Origin: Eledone cirrhosa
Taxonomy: Eukaryota
Assembly (NCBI GenBank): GCA_964016885.1
Contig: OZ024742.1
Coordinates: 221,278,001 to 221,342,000, forward strand
DNA length: 64,000 nt
Direction of reading: 5' to 3'
Shown: positions 26,844-39,700 of the stretch, in pieces
Numbering within the stretch: the stretch's first letter is position 1
How the letters are laid out: every line of letters begins with the position of its first letter
Notes under the pieces: model-generated
The model's database searches: none
Seen by the model: the letters and a program-made list of their open reading frames with translations, nothing else
What the model was told of the DNA's origin: nothing
Made by a program: the position numbers and the translations under genes

Positions 26844-28245
26844 CGGCGGATAGTGCGCTCTGCGAAACAACATCTAACCGCCACTTTTTCATTGAGGACC
26901 TGCTGTCAGGTAGAGCTTTTCTGGTTGACACAGGTGCAGCTTGTTCCGTATGGCCTGTGTGTTGTATGAAGGAGACTCCCCCTGAGACGCCTATTGGGTT
27001 GCAGGCAGTAAATTGTTCGCCGATTCGAACTTTCGGACAAATCTCGTTACCTTTGCAGTTTCGTAATCTGCGGCGCGAGTTTAAATGGATATTTACTATT
27101 GCTGCCTTGCCGTATCCGATTCTAGGCGCGGATTTTCTCCACCATTTTTCATTGACGGTGGACCTTCGTGGTAAACGCCTAATTGATGGCATCACGGGAT
27201 TAACTGTTGTTGGCAAGGCAGCAGGAGTTCCAACAGTTAGCCCGATATTTTTTCTTGCTAACACCGGTGATCCTTTCCATGCGTTGTTGAACTCGTTCCC
27301 GCAACTGACACAGGGGAATTTTCGATTTGATGAACCAACTCATACCACGGAGCACTTCATATCTACAACTGGTGCTCCCGTTTTCTCTCGCCCTCGTCGC
27401 TTGCCTCCGGACAAACTCAAAGCAGCACGATCAGAATTTGATCATATGCTGCAAATGGGGATTATTCGTCCGTGGGAGTCCCCATTGCACATGGTACCGA
27501 AAGCGAATGGCGATTGGAGACCTACTGGAGATTATCGGCGCCTGAATTCGATAACGGTACCGGACCGTTATCCTATCCCTCATCTGCAAGACTTTGCGTC
27601 GTCGTTGCAGGGATGCAAGATATTCTCCAAACTGGATTTAATTCGTGCGTACCATCAAATTCCTGTCCATAAAAATGACATTAAAAAAACGGCTATAGTT
27701 ACGCCATTTGGGTCTTTCGAGTTTTTGACTATGCCGTTCGGATTAAGGAATGCCGCTAGTACTTTTCAGCGGTTTATGGATGAGGTTACTCGCGGCCTCG
27801 ATTTCGTCTATACCTATATTGACGACCTGCTCATTGCTAGTTCTTCTCCTGAGCAGCATACGCACCATTTGGATCTTCTTTTCCGCCGATTGAAGGCATA
27901 TAACGTGCAGCTTAATGCACCCAAATGTGTTTTTGGCGCTGAGTCACTGACTTTCTTGGGTCACGTCATCGATGCTGACGGAATTCGACCCCGGCCTGAG
28001 CAAGTTAAGGTCATAGAGGATTTGCCTCCACCGACCTCACTACGTCAGTTACGCCAGTTCTTAGGTCTGGTTAACTTTTATAGGCGTTTCGTGCCAAATT
28101 GTGCCAAGTTGCTTTTCTCCCTGACAGAAATTTTGAAAAATTGTCGGAGGAAGAACAAAGATATTTCTTTGACAGACACTCAACTTGCTGATTTTTAGCA
28201 CGCCAAAACTGTTTTGGCTAATGCTTCGTTACTGACTCACCCGTG
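26819..28245 (+). mobile_element. Gypsy pol (protease + RT), 3'-truncated, reached by -1 frameshift
   Basis: FLVDTGA protease; [29 protein letters not shown]; slippery G GGA AAA at 26819-26825 with pol in the -1 frame; no RNase H, integrase or LTR. Confidence 0.93.
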
Positions 28246-28874
28246 ACTCACAAGTGAGAAACTGAAAGTAGTGTTTTCCACGAATTGGAGTGGGGAACCT
28301 GTGTACACTACAATAGTACTTGTTCATTTATACATTGCACCTTTAGCATTTTCTTTGCACCTTTTTCAGAAAACCCAAAATATTTATGGTAATGTAAATA
28401 TTTATTTTTTTAAGGAACCAGTGTTTGTTTTACGGAACCCATGTTGGCGACCACTGATGTAAAATATATTTAATGAGGAAGAGTGTTTAATTTGTTTTGA
28501 GGTTGTATCATGATGGTATATTTGAGTAGATACATGACACAGAAATAATTAAATATAGACATTGTGAACCAATAAGAGGGCCATTACATAGTCACTTACT
28601 TTGCTAGAAACAGCATAGAAACTTCCTCAAATCACACAATAGACAACATATGTTTTAAGGCCATTTTCTATGTTAAAGAAGGGGTTAAACTTGCAGGTCC
28701 CATTTCAGATTTTGTATTTATTATGGGATCCTTTTTGTGATAATATTTTACAGTCGGATGTCTTTTTTGGTGTCTGTTCTTTTAAATAAATGAGTCATGC
28801 AGGGCTCCCACCAGAGACAATTTATTGAGGCCCTTTTCCACATTCCTCTGTTCATCATTGCTAAGTTCAATTCC

Positions 28875-29175
28875 TGATGGTTGGATAACATAGATGAGCT
28901 TGGCTGGTCTTGCTCGGGGATCCAGCCAGATCAGTTGAAGACGGTTTCTTTTGACAGGACCTGGTGGAAGAAGTGCTTGAAGACTCTTCCCCCATAACCT
29001 ATAACCCTCTCAAGAAGAAGAAGAAGAAGAAGAAGAAGAAGAAGAAGAAGAAGAAGAAGAAGAAGAAGAAGAAGAAGGAGGAGGAGGAGGAGAAGAAGAA
29101 GAAGAAGAAGAAGAAGAAGAAGAAGAAGAAGAAGAAGAAGAAGAAGAAGAAGAAGAAGAAGAAGAAGAAGAAGAA
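28875..29175 (+). repeat. RTE 3' end with expanded (GAA)n tail (29012-29175)
   Basis: 28875-29011 matches 19455-19585; followed by more than 50 GAA/GAG triplets. Confidence 0.85.
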
Positions 29176-30654
29176 ATTACTTTCTATCCCAACCAGATAC
29201 AGCTAGAACTTTTCTTAGCTGCTCCTGTCATTATCTTTAGGGTTTTGTTCCCATTCCTCCTAGAAACAGAGAGCTACATCATGAGATTATAGGCAGATTT
29301 ACCTACAAACCTGCTTGCTCTGACCTTCAACCCAAAACATTGAACACTGAGGTAAATTAGATAAAAAATATGAATTGTCTACAGGAATGGCATTTGTAGA
29401 CATTTTGTAAAACATATCAAAACCTTGAGGTGGTTGTTTTGTCTAGGTTTGGCTGTTATATTCAGCAAATCAAGTACCATATACATTCAAATATAAGCCA
29501 ATCTGAATATAAGCTGCCTCCCATTTTATGCCTGAGAAATAGGCAAAAATCCAAATCCCATTTATAAACTGAGGCAGCTAATCAACACATTGTTTAGATG
29601 GTGTATTTAAATTGACACCCACCTCCATATCACCATTGAATTTTTTTTGTCATACATTCCTCGGCTTATACTCTTGGGTCCCAAATAATGGGGAGGGGGG
29701 AATAAGTTGTGGTGTTAGAATAAGCGGAAGGTGTTGGAATAGGGTGATTGGAAACTCAGCAATTTTTTAAGTTGTCTTTTTTTAAAAACCAGAATTAGTC
29801 GTTTAGTTTACATATTGAGACCCCAACCCATCCTATTTATTTTATAATGTATGGGATTTCTAGTAATGTGCTTTTTTTGTCATGTACAATGTTTTCTAAT
29901 TTCTAAAGAAAATTAATTATCACAGGAATGCTACCACTTAAAATAAAATTTTGCCGGAGATAGATTAGCAAAATTTAATTAGTGGGTGTGGAACATGAAA
30001 AAAAATCTGAAAAAATAATAAGCAGGGATGACAATAATTATTCAAGACCCGAAAGTATTTGAGTATATACAGTAATTGTGAGGAAGTACTGACAGTGTTT
30101 GTTATTAAGTTAAGTGTATCTGAAGTATATACACTTTAACAATGACATTTTTTTTCATGGCTATTAATGGTGGTGTTAGATTCTACATAATATTATGTCA
30201 GTGAGTCTCAACCGAATTGAGAGATCACAGCTCCAATACTATGGGCATGTGGTTAGAATGTCTCTGGAAAGCCGAATCTGTTGGAGGCGATTGCTTCTGA
30301 CAGGACCTGCTGGAAGGAGTGTCTGAGGACTGCCTCGACGGCCCTCTTAAGAATAAGTGGGTGAAGAATAATAAGAAGAGAGAAGGGTCTTAACCTGACA
30401 AAGCTTTGAAAGTTAATTGTAATTATAATTATAAATAAATTTTCTTTCTTTATATCTCTTGATAAGAATTGATAAGAACATGTTGAATTTGTATTAATGC
30501 TGAACTTTAACCGTCGGTAAATAACGAAGAGATACAATACCTATGTGGAACTTTGTATTAAACAAATATCTAATGAAATAATTATGTTAAATATTGACGT
30601 ATTTGATAGTAAATAGAACGTGTGTGTATATGTGTGTTTATATAATATGGTTGT

Positions 30655-31257
30655 CAGGTCACCAGTTGGTGCTACTGGTAACATGTATCCCAGTACAACC
30701 TGTTTCATGGTCGGGTTGTTGGCGACTAAACTGGCAACCCCACCAAGGTTTCTTGGTGAGGAGGGTGACTTTGGACATCCTGCAGGACTAAAAACAAAAC
30801 CTGTCAAAGGGCAAAGGAGCTCTTAAGAGTCAATGGCCATCCAAAATCACTGGGAGAGATGACCCCTTAGCCTTTGTCAAGGCAGAATTCTAGGAGAAGG
30901 AAAACTCTGATATAACACCTGCAACCCTGATGGTATCCAATGATGTTGACTTGTTCTACTTTTTGGTAAATATCATCTTGGTTAAGAGAGTGGGACTGGC
31001 TCTGTGCAATGCCTTTGCTCACTATAAAAGCTTCATGGCACAGGCATTGCTTTATATCTGGAGATCTCTCTGCACTTGTCACATAGTACCATGGGCCCAG
31101 CACTATGTGTCAATAATTGTCACAGGTGTAGTGTTTGTACCAGAGTTTTCAAGTCGCTGGCTGGACTAAAAAGTCACACTCGTTCAGCGCATCGGTAGGG
31201 GTTCTCCTACATGGATATAAAGTAGTGGCCGTACTCGAAAACGAGTTGGCAGCCACC
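30655..31257 (+). mobile_element. ~600-bp non-autonomous retroelement family B, bounded by a TSD
   Basis: 15-bp TSD ATATAATATGGTTGT at 30640-30654 and 31258-31272; TAGGAGAAGGAAAACTCTGA motif; no coding capacity. Confidence 0.85.
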
Positions 31258-31433
31258 ATATAATATGGTTGTAGCATCTATCATTTAAACACCCAAGAAA
31301 ACCTCCTTAAAGGAGGCCAGCTAAACTTACATATGTGCCAGCTGTGACATCATATTCATCTGTTATCGATTTGTTAGAGCATTGAGTAAATAAACTTGCA
31401 CCCAGCTATAAACGTTAAATGATGATGATGATG

Positions 31434-31466
<33 letters not shown>

Positions 31467-31492
31467 TGTATGTATGTATGTATGTATGTATG

Positions 31493-33062
31493 TTATCTCT
31501 TTCTCTTAATTTCGAGTATATTTTTTTGACCGGCCACCTTCCTGGTGGCAAGGTTGTAAAAGAAAAGAAATTGTCATCCCTTGAATCGCAAGAATGTTTT
31601 GCAAATTTTGAAGGTGCCTGCTATCGCAGCCATTTGTAGACTATGAATTAGGGAGTTGCGCTCTTTGTCCACAAGTCCAAGTTCAGTCATACTTTGGTCC
31701 AAACGGGTTGGTATATAACCCGTAGCTCCAATAATGATGGGTATGAAGCTAAAGGTGTATCTTGGATACTGGATTTGCAAACTCCTCATCAATGGTCCGT
31801 AGATGTCCTCCTTCTCCTGTATTTTTCTGACAACGTTGACATCAAGTGGGCAGCTGATCTCCACAACAGAACATGTTTTCAATGTATGGTCCCAAACAAC
31901 AATATCAGGCCGGTTGTGCTTTAATTTGGTGGCAGTTTTTATTTTCAAGTTCCACCAGTATTCCTTAGTGCCATCTGTCTCAATATATTCTTCCTCGTTT
32001 GTTGTTAATTTTGTTTTCCGAAGTGCGTTCCAGATAGTTCTAGCTATCCCATCATGTCTCATAGGGAGGTAGTAGCGAGATGACATTCTTTCGCAGCTGG
32101 CAACAATGTGGCTTACAACCTTCATCTTTGTTTTACATAGCCTACATTTATTGTCAGATGATGGCCCTCCCCTTTTGTGCAGCAGATATTTGGTAGGGAG
32201 TTCTTGTTCCTGTATTGCATAGAGATATCCCTCAAGGTGTGATGTCATAAACTTGTCGGAACTCCATGCCAGGCTTTTTGAGTGGTTTATCCCCTCTATG
32301 GTCTGTGTTTTACGTCTCAAGTATCCATGCACAACTTTTTCTGTAAATTGGTCAATTTTTTCATCTTGTTTGAACATTGAATAGGATCTTCCAATTTTTC
32401 TGGGTGAGAGATTTATATCAGGCTTTATTCCATATCTCTCCTTCAGATCAGTGGCTGTTCTAATAATATATATTTTTTCATGCTCATAAACCTGGGCAAG
32501 ATGGTTGCCAACCTTTTTCCTCTGTTGAAGGTGTTGCTTCAGTGTTACTATCCGGGTCTCATATGATGTTAATATGGATTTTAGACCCCGGCCACCTTCC
32601 TTGCGTGAGAAGTATAGCCTATCCACATCACCATTGATGTTAAAATTCCCAGTAACACTGAGAAGTTTGCGAGTTCTAACATCCATCTCACTTAGTTCTT
32701 GCAATGACCAGTTCAGCAGGCCAAATGTTGGCGTTAGAATTGGCACAGCATAAGTATTGTGGGCAATGTATTTGTTGTACGCTGACAGTTCTGATGACCG
32801 TATTTTCTTTACTCTTCTGAGGTATTCAGTTCTGGTTCTCTCCTTATTTATGGGTCCATCATATCTGACATTCTCATCCTGTCCAAGATATCTGTAGTTG
32901 TCACCTGACTGTAGAGGTTGTATTGTCAGGCCGTTCATCTCTAGATTTCTAGAGGAGGGCACAGCTCTTCCACGTTTTACTGCCAAATATGCACACTTGG
33001 ACTCACCAAATTTCATTTTGATGTCATTGATATTTGGCCTATACCACTTCAGGTCATCAACA
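31493..33062 (-). mobile_element. 5'-truncated R4/Dong-like non-LTR retrotransposon with an open reading frame
   Basis: RT end (VDDLK, YRYLG), GGRGL, CCHC knuckle CRLC..HIVASC, RHD, HNRPDIVVWD..VEISCP RLE; stop at 31574; (TATG)n at 31437-31492 and 33071-33174. Confidence 0.93.
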
Positions 33063-33174
33063 AAGAAAAGATGTATGTATGTATGTATGTATGTATGTAT
33101 GTATGTATGTATGTATGTATGTATGTATGTATGTATGTATGTATGTATGTATGTATGCATGTATGTATGTATGT

Positions 33175-33654
33175 AAAGAGCGGAAGAACTCATAAGGGTC
33201 AACGGCCATCCAAAAGTGTGTAAATATGTATATACACGTGTACATATGTATGTATATGTATATGTACATGGGTGCATGTGTATGTATATGCGTGGGGACA
33301 TAGAAATAGTTGGGCTGGACACCCGATCGCGCGGTTAAGCCACTTGGAGTGAAGGACCCCTAACCTTTGTCAGGGCATTCTTCTAGGAGAAGGCAACTCA
33401 GGAAACTGGGATAACTCTGATATAAAAGCTGCGGCTCAGTAGCAACCGATGATGTTGATCTTTTCTTCTTTTCAGGTTATAGCTACTGTCGCTAAGAGAG
33501 TGGGATTGGCTCAGTGCACAGTCTTTCCTCACTTTAAAAAATATCTTCACGCACAGGCATTGCACGATAGAATTAATTAATAATTATTAATAATCGTATA
33601 TCGTGCAATGCCATACTCGAAAACGAGTGGGCATCCATCATGTATGTATGTATG
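33175..33654 (+). mobile_element. Non-autonomous retroelement family A, 5'-truncated, with (ATGT)n tail
   Basis: Inverted homologue of 15627-16095. Confidence 0.75.
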
Positions 33655-33789
33655 CAGTTTGGGGATTGAAACGTCAAGTTACTGTTGGTTCACCAAAATG
33701 AGCACACAATGCATAGTTTCCAGTATGTATTTTGAGGTCATACTAAGCACGGTGTAATAGTAATTACTATATACTGTGAGTGTGTGTAT

Positions 33790-34585
33790 CATCATCATCA
33801 TCATCATTTTACGTCTGCTTTTCCCTGCTTGCAAGGATTGGACGGGTCCTATTCAGCACAGCATCTCTCCACTTGTCACGGTCCTTTGTCATCTCCTCGG
33901 TGAGTTTCAGCGATCAGAGGTCTGCTCTCACCACCTCTGCCCATGTTTTTTGTGGTCTACCTCTACTGCGTCTTCGCTCCACTGGGACTTCCTGGCACTT
34001 CTTCACCCAGCGGTCATCCTGCATGTGCATCACATGTCCATACCATCTCAGTCTTCTCTCCTGCACACCACAACTACTACCCCTTATACCCAGTTTCTTT
34101 CTCAACTTGTCTATGCTTGGTCGTTCATGCACATTGACATTGCACATCCAACGGAGCATACTTGCTTCATTTCTCTCCAGCTGTCGCATATCTTCTGCAG
34201 TTGCTGTCCATGTCTCACTACCATGCAGCATCGCGCATCTCACACAGGCATCATATAACCATCCTTTCGTACGCAGGGAGAAACCCTTCTTTGTCAACAG
34301 AGGAAGCAGCTCCCTAAACTTCTTCCAACCCGTCCTTATTCTAGATACTATGGCCTTGGAACACCCCCTCCCATGCTAATCTGATCACCTAGGTACCAGA
34401 AGCTATCAACCACTTCTATAGAACCCACCTGCATTGGAAAAATGAGTCTATCACAGCAATTACTACTGCCAACTTTCCCTGTACATCTACTGCATAGATA
34501 GTTTTCCCTACCTGTTAGTCTGCCTGCTATCCGACTACATCTCTTGTGTACCCAAGATCTGCATTGCGTACATTTTATGGAATTT
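33790..34585 (-). mobile_element. 5'-truncated PHD-RTE LINE (short-3'UTR subfamily)
   Basis: CTQCRSWVHKRC..CSRC, LHGSETW, RLRWYGH, GRPQKTW; (GAT)n tail; close to the 55440-57228 copy. Confidence 0.9.
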
Positions 34586-34600
34586 ATGTATATATATATA

Positions 34601-35628
34601 TCTGTTAGACACGCAGTGACTAACAACAGAATGTTTTAAGTCTGCGTGTCTGACATATATGCGTAGCTTGTGAATAAAAAATTCAAGGGGTGTCCATGGT
34701 CATGGTGATCCCTGCCAAACATGTTTTGTAATGTATCATCTTATTAGCTAATTTCATTGTCTTATTGGCTAATCAACCAACGAGAGTAATTGTTGCTCAA
34801 AAGCATCCGCCATTTTGTTTGCACATTTATTTATCGTTTCGCTTTCGAATCTTCCTCCTGTAGTTCGTCGTTTATCATCAAAATATTTTTCTCGCTTTGG
34901 TAAGTTATATTGTTAATTAATATATGATTTTTTAAATTTATATTAACTATATTTTTTTTCAGTTCGTTATAACATGCTTATAATATTGGTTGTATCATAT
35001 TTACTTGTATATTTGTCCATATTATTGTTCGTTTTATGTTAGATTATTTTGTTATTAGTATGTTAGATTATTTTTTTTATTATTATGTTAGACTATTTGT
35101 ATGTAATATTTAATTTTTATTAATTCAACTATAACAATTATTATGTAAAATATATTTATTTAATATTGTTTGTTTTTTGTAGTTGTTTATATTAAAAGTC
35201 TGAAAATATTTTTATACATCTTACAATAATATTTATAAGATCATTTATAAAATAATAATTATATAATCTAATTACATTACAACGATAATTTATTATTAAT
35301 ATATATCATGTTTAACTAGAGTTATTATAAGCGTTGCCTTAAAAAAATATTAAACTAGACCTGAAAAATGCACAAGCTCAAAAGAGCCACAGAATGTTAT
35401 AATAAACCTTCAAATGTGTGGGACTAGAGTTGTTGCTCAAAAATATTGTAATCATTATCTATCGTACATTCTGTGGCATCCTTTATAAAAATATCACAAT
35501 AAATACATCTAGAGTGTACGATAGATAATGATTACAATATTTTTGAGCAACAACTCTAGTCCCACACTTTTGAAGGTTTATTATAACATTCTGTGGCTCT
35601 TTTGAGCTTGCACATTTTTCAGGTCTAG
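34601..35628 (+). mobile_element. Unclassified TA-flanked insertion, DNA transposon- or Helitron-like
   Basis: Starts TC after A and ends CTAG before T; 5' hairpin TGTTAGACACGCAG/CTGCGTGTCTGACA; ~115-bp inverted repeat at 35354-35468 / 35515-35629. Confidence 0.4.
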
Positions 35629-37511
35629 TATATATATATATGTGTGTGTGTGTGTGTATATGTATGTGTATATACATACACGTCCACTCATACACATCCA
35701 CACACACATATCATCATTACTGTTTAATGTCTATTTTCTAAGCTTGCATGGGTGGGAAGGGTTGTCACATTATGAGGCTAGACATGTCATGAAACCATGG
35801 CTTGTTCATATGCTTTGTTTTTGGCTTGATTTTTATGCTTGGGTGGCTTTTCTAATGCTAACCCCTTTACAGTGTGTACTGGGTACATTTTATTGTGACT
35901 CTAACATTACCACCTTATAATGTGGACTTGGTGCTTTTATTGTGCCACTAGCACTATATATACATATATATATATATGCATCCCCCCCCCCCCCCCCACA
36001 CACACATCACCATCATCCTTATCATATAATGATTGTTTTCTCTGCTAGCAAGGGTTAAGTCGTCACAAAGCAAGTCCATATTTATTTTGAGCCTCTGATT
36101 TCTCAGATGGCTCGAGACCTATCTCACTTACTCTACAGAGTGTTCTGTGCATTTCATCATGACACCAGCACTAAGGATTTCATAATGTCTTTGACACAAC
36201 TGAAGAGTTCCTCTACCTTTTGTTTGGAAAATTTTCTATGGTTGGATGCCCTTCTTATCACCAACAAATTTAGAGTGTGTTTTGTCATGCCATCAACACT
36301 AGAGAGGTTGTTGTGCCCTTGACACAGATGCTGATACTCAACTCTTTTCAGTTGAGAGGCCTGGAATAATGGAAAATGAAATGTTTTTCTCAGGGACACA
36401 AGGGGCTGCCTGATTTAGGAATTAAGCTCATGGCCTTACAATTGTGAGCCAAACACAGACCTGGCAACTTCTAAAAACCCAAATGGGGAGTACCATGAAA
36501 AAAAGTGCCCCCAAAAAAATTTTACATAATGAAAGCTATATCTATTTTCACAAGAGAAGGCATCTCTCACCCACCCCAAAGTGATTGGGAGATCTCCCCA
36601 TGGGACGAGGAGAGTTGACAGGTCTACAAACACCTTAACCCCTTAACCACTAGGCTGTGTATCGTCAGTACAAAAATAAGAAAAATAAAATTAAAAACAT
36701 TGAAATTAGTTTAATCAACTTACCTTCTATGTCCAGATGTTCGGTGAACTGTGGCAATAATGCTGCAGCCTGGAGCCATATGAGAAGACAGGAGGGGGAG
36801 GTGACCCACAAGAAAAAGATCAAGAATAAGAATACAAGCACAGTATTAAGTAAATGAATCTATAGTGGGATTAATTAACTTCTATACAGAGATTAATTAA
36901 TGAGCGTGATGTGAGTGTAATCAGTCAGGTGGAGAGAAGGTAAACAACTCCAACAAAGATGTCTGTTGTTGACGAATAAATAACAGAATTATTGGAGATT
37001 TGGTCAAAGCTTTATTTATTAATAACTTCTTTGATTGGTTAGTATTTATAAATTAATTAATTTAAAAAATAATTAATTTCCTATGTTCAAATAAATTGTA
37101 CTTCAGTTTTTAAACGTTTCAAAGGTGGTTTATATTTTATCTGTCCTTCTAATTAATGAATCATATCAAAATGATAAGTTTATAAATAAATGAACAACAG
37201 CAATAACAAACAGCAATGTCAATGATGGCAACAGTGACAACAACAATAACAGTAACAAAGGACAACAACAAGAACAACTACAACAATAACAACAGCAATG
37301 GTAATGACAGCAACAGTGACAACAACAACAATGGCAACAGCAATAACAGCATTCTAAATACCACTCTAAAATATTAGAGTGCTATTTCAGGGTGATTTGA
37401 CTGCTATTTCTAACATTTGGAGAGACTATGCGAAGGATTCTTCATTGGCTTCTTGGATATCCTCTTGAAATTGATAACCACTTGAAGTTATTGTTTTTCA
37501 AATATATTTGA

Positions 37512-37616
37512 CTAGCTAAGGTACCCGGCTTTGCCTGGGAGAACAGTTAAGAGAAGATGGATAAAAGAGAAAACGACTGTATTGGATATGTTGTCTGGTT
37601 TGAGGTGAGACCGTAA

Positions 37617-37649
<33 letters not shown>

Positions 37650-37998
37650 CATAAAAAAAAAACAATCATAAAACTTCCTTATTAGGCTGGGGGAGTAAAC
37701 TGCCGATTAAATGGTAGCATTGGCCTTGGATTTTAAATGTGAAATAACCATAGTCAGTATGATCTTTTTCAGCTCCAAAGGACGTCACCTGAAACACAGC
37801 AATATACTGCATAACATTGCTTCTGAAGTGTTTAACTTCGTTAGTATGGTCTGTAAGTAGTATATGGATTAAAGCTGGAGGGTAGATTAATTTATAATAG
37901 TATCAATTTTTCTTTGTTCTGTAAAATCAAAGACTGTAAAACGACTTTATAAAAGCTAACGCAATATTGTTAAACCTTCAACTGATACTTTTGTGGGA

Positions 37999-38043
<45 letters not shown>

Positions 38044-38213
38044 CTGAATATCTAACACTTTAATTGTATCTCTCTCTGTATAATGGTCTATCTCTCTCTT
38101 TCTGCCTCTCCCTCTGTGTCTCTCTCTCTTTAGATGTGTGTGTATGTGTGTGTAGTTTTCATGTGATTCAACCAACCAACCAATAAACATCTTTCTTTTA
38201 TATTTTATATAGA
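37512..38213 (-). mobile_element. Non-autonomous Helitron
   Basis: Minus strand starts TCTATATAAAATATAAAAG and ends CCCAGGCAAAGCCGGGTACCTTAGCTAG|T. Confidence 0.75.
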
Positions 38214-38275
38214 TTGTAGTTAACACTGTTTTAGGAAAGCTAATACAATACAATTCTTTTCTTTTTTACTTGGCA

Positions 38276-39200
38276 TGTCTGGAGCAAGGGGCAGTGCCTA
38301 TGGCTTTCACAGGCTCTCAGGGACTGAATTGACTGATGTCTAGAGCAAGGGGCAGTGCCTATGGCTTTCACAGGCTCTCAGGGACTGAATTGACTGATGT
38401 CTAGAGGAAGAAGCAGTGCCTATGGCTTTCACAGGCTCTCAGGGACTGAATTGACTGATGTCTAGAGGAAGAGGCAGTGCCTATGGCTTTCACAGGCTCT
38501 CAGGGACTGAATTGACTGATGTCTAGAGGAAGAAGCAGTGCCTATGGCTTTCACAGGCTCTCAGGGACTGAATTGACTGATGTCTAGAGGAAGAAGCAGT
38601 GCCTATGGCTTTCACAGGCTCTCAGGGACTGAATTGACTGATGTCTAGAGGAAGAGGCAGTGCCTATGGCTTTCACAGGCTCTCAGGGACTGAATTGACT
38701 GATGTCTAGAGGAAGAGGCAGTGCCTATGGCTTTCACAGGCTCTCAGGGACTGAATTGACTGATGTCTAGAGGAAGAAGCAGTGCCTATGGCTTTCACAG
38801 GCTCTCAGGGACTGAATTGACTGATGTCTAGAGGAAGAAGCAGTGCCTATGGCTTTCACAGGCTCTCAGGGACTGAATTGACTGATGTCTAGAGGAAGAG
38901 GCAGTGCCTATGGCTTTCACAGGCTCTCAGGGACTGAATTGACTGATGTCTAGAGGAAGAAGCAGTGCCTATGGCTTTCACAGGCTCTCAGGGACTGAAT
39001 TGACTGATGTCTAGAGGAAGAGGCAGTGCCTATGGCTTTCACAGGCCCTTATAGACAGAAGTGACTGATGTCTAGAGGAAGGTGCAGTACCCATGGCTTT
39101 CAAGGGCCCTCATAGACAGAAGTGACTGATGTCTGGAGGAAAGAGCAGTGCCCATGGCTTTTACAAGCCCTCATAGACTGAAGTGACCAATGTTTGGAGG
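38276..39200. repeat. 61-bp minisatellite, ~13 homogeneous plus 2-3 diverged copies
   Basis: Unit GTCTAGAGGAAGAGGCAGTGCCTATGGCTTTCACAGGCTCTCAGGGACTGAATTGACTGAT. Confidence 0.96.
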
Positions 39201-39700
39201 AAGGAGCAGAGTCCATGGCTTCCATAGGCTTTCTGAGTTTGGAGAGATCAATGTTGTTGATGTTCTGTTTAAACTGTTTCAGGTCCACTCCTTTGGGAAA
39301 GAGGTCCAGAGAGTTGGTGTTCTGGGCAGGAAAGACTGGCTTGGGGGTGTTGGACATAACATGGCTAATGAAAGGAGGAGAGACAGGTGAATTGGGAATG
39401 TTTCAGTGAAAGTGGCTTGAATTAAGCCAGCTCTAAGTAGTAGAGACCAGTGGGAGGTAGGGGGAAACAGCATACTGTAGAGTGTTTTATGAGATAGATA
39501 TATCTCATTGTTGTATATAGATCAGAGACTATTGTAGTAGTCGTAGTGGAAGCAGAGGGAGTAGACATCATACCTGTAGTGTCTGGTGATATTGGTGAGG
39601 TAGATATATCTCCCGGTTGTATATAGGAACAGAGACTATTGTTGTAACAGTAGTGGGGTCATAGGGGGAGACAGCATACCTGTAGAGTGGTAATGGTAGA
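39200..39700 (-). mobile_element. Degenerate Jockey/CR1-group LINE C-terminus
   Basis: SLCFHYDYYN (internally duplicated), SFLPRTPTLW, FPKGVDLKQFKQNIN across frames. Confidence 0.6.

Larger units (their letters stand above)
22704..28456 (-). mobile_element. hAT (Buster/Charlie) DNA transposon with both ends
   Basis: TIRs CAGTGGTCACCAAC (22704) / GTTGGCGACCACTG (ends 28456); perfect 8-bp TSD ATGTAAAA at 22696-22703 and 28457-28464, matching the nnnTAnnn Buster preference. Confidence 0.95.

Noticed and set aside
30655-30790. HDV-like or twister ribozyme at the 5' end of family B
   Set aside because: A GGTCACC/GGTGACT pairing exists, but no P3/L3, P1.1 or twister core could be placed
33063-33322. 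N-terminal part of the 582-aa ORF
   Set aside because: Read-through of (CATA)n and family A sequence; the real R4-like coding region starts near 33062
15600-33654. Inverted segmental duplication between the two CATA clusters
   Set aside because: Element order, truncation points and R4 sequences differ, and the unique flanks do not match
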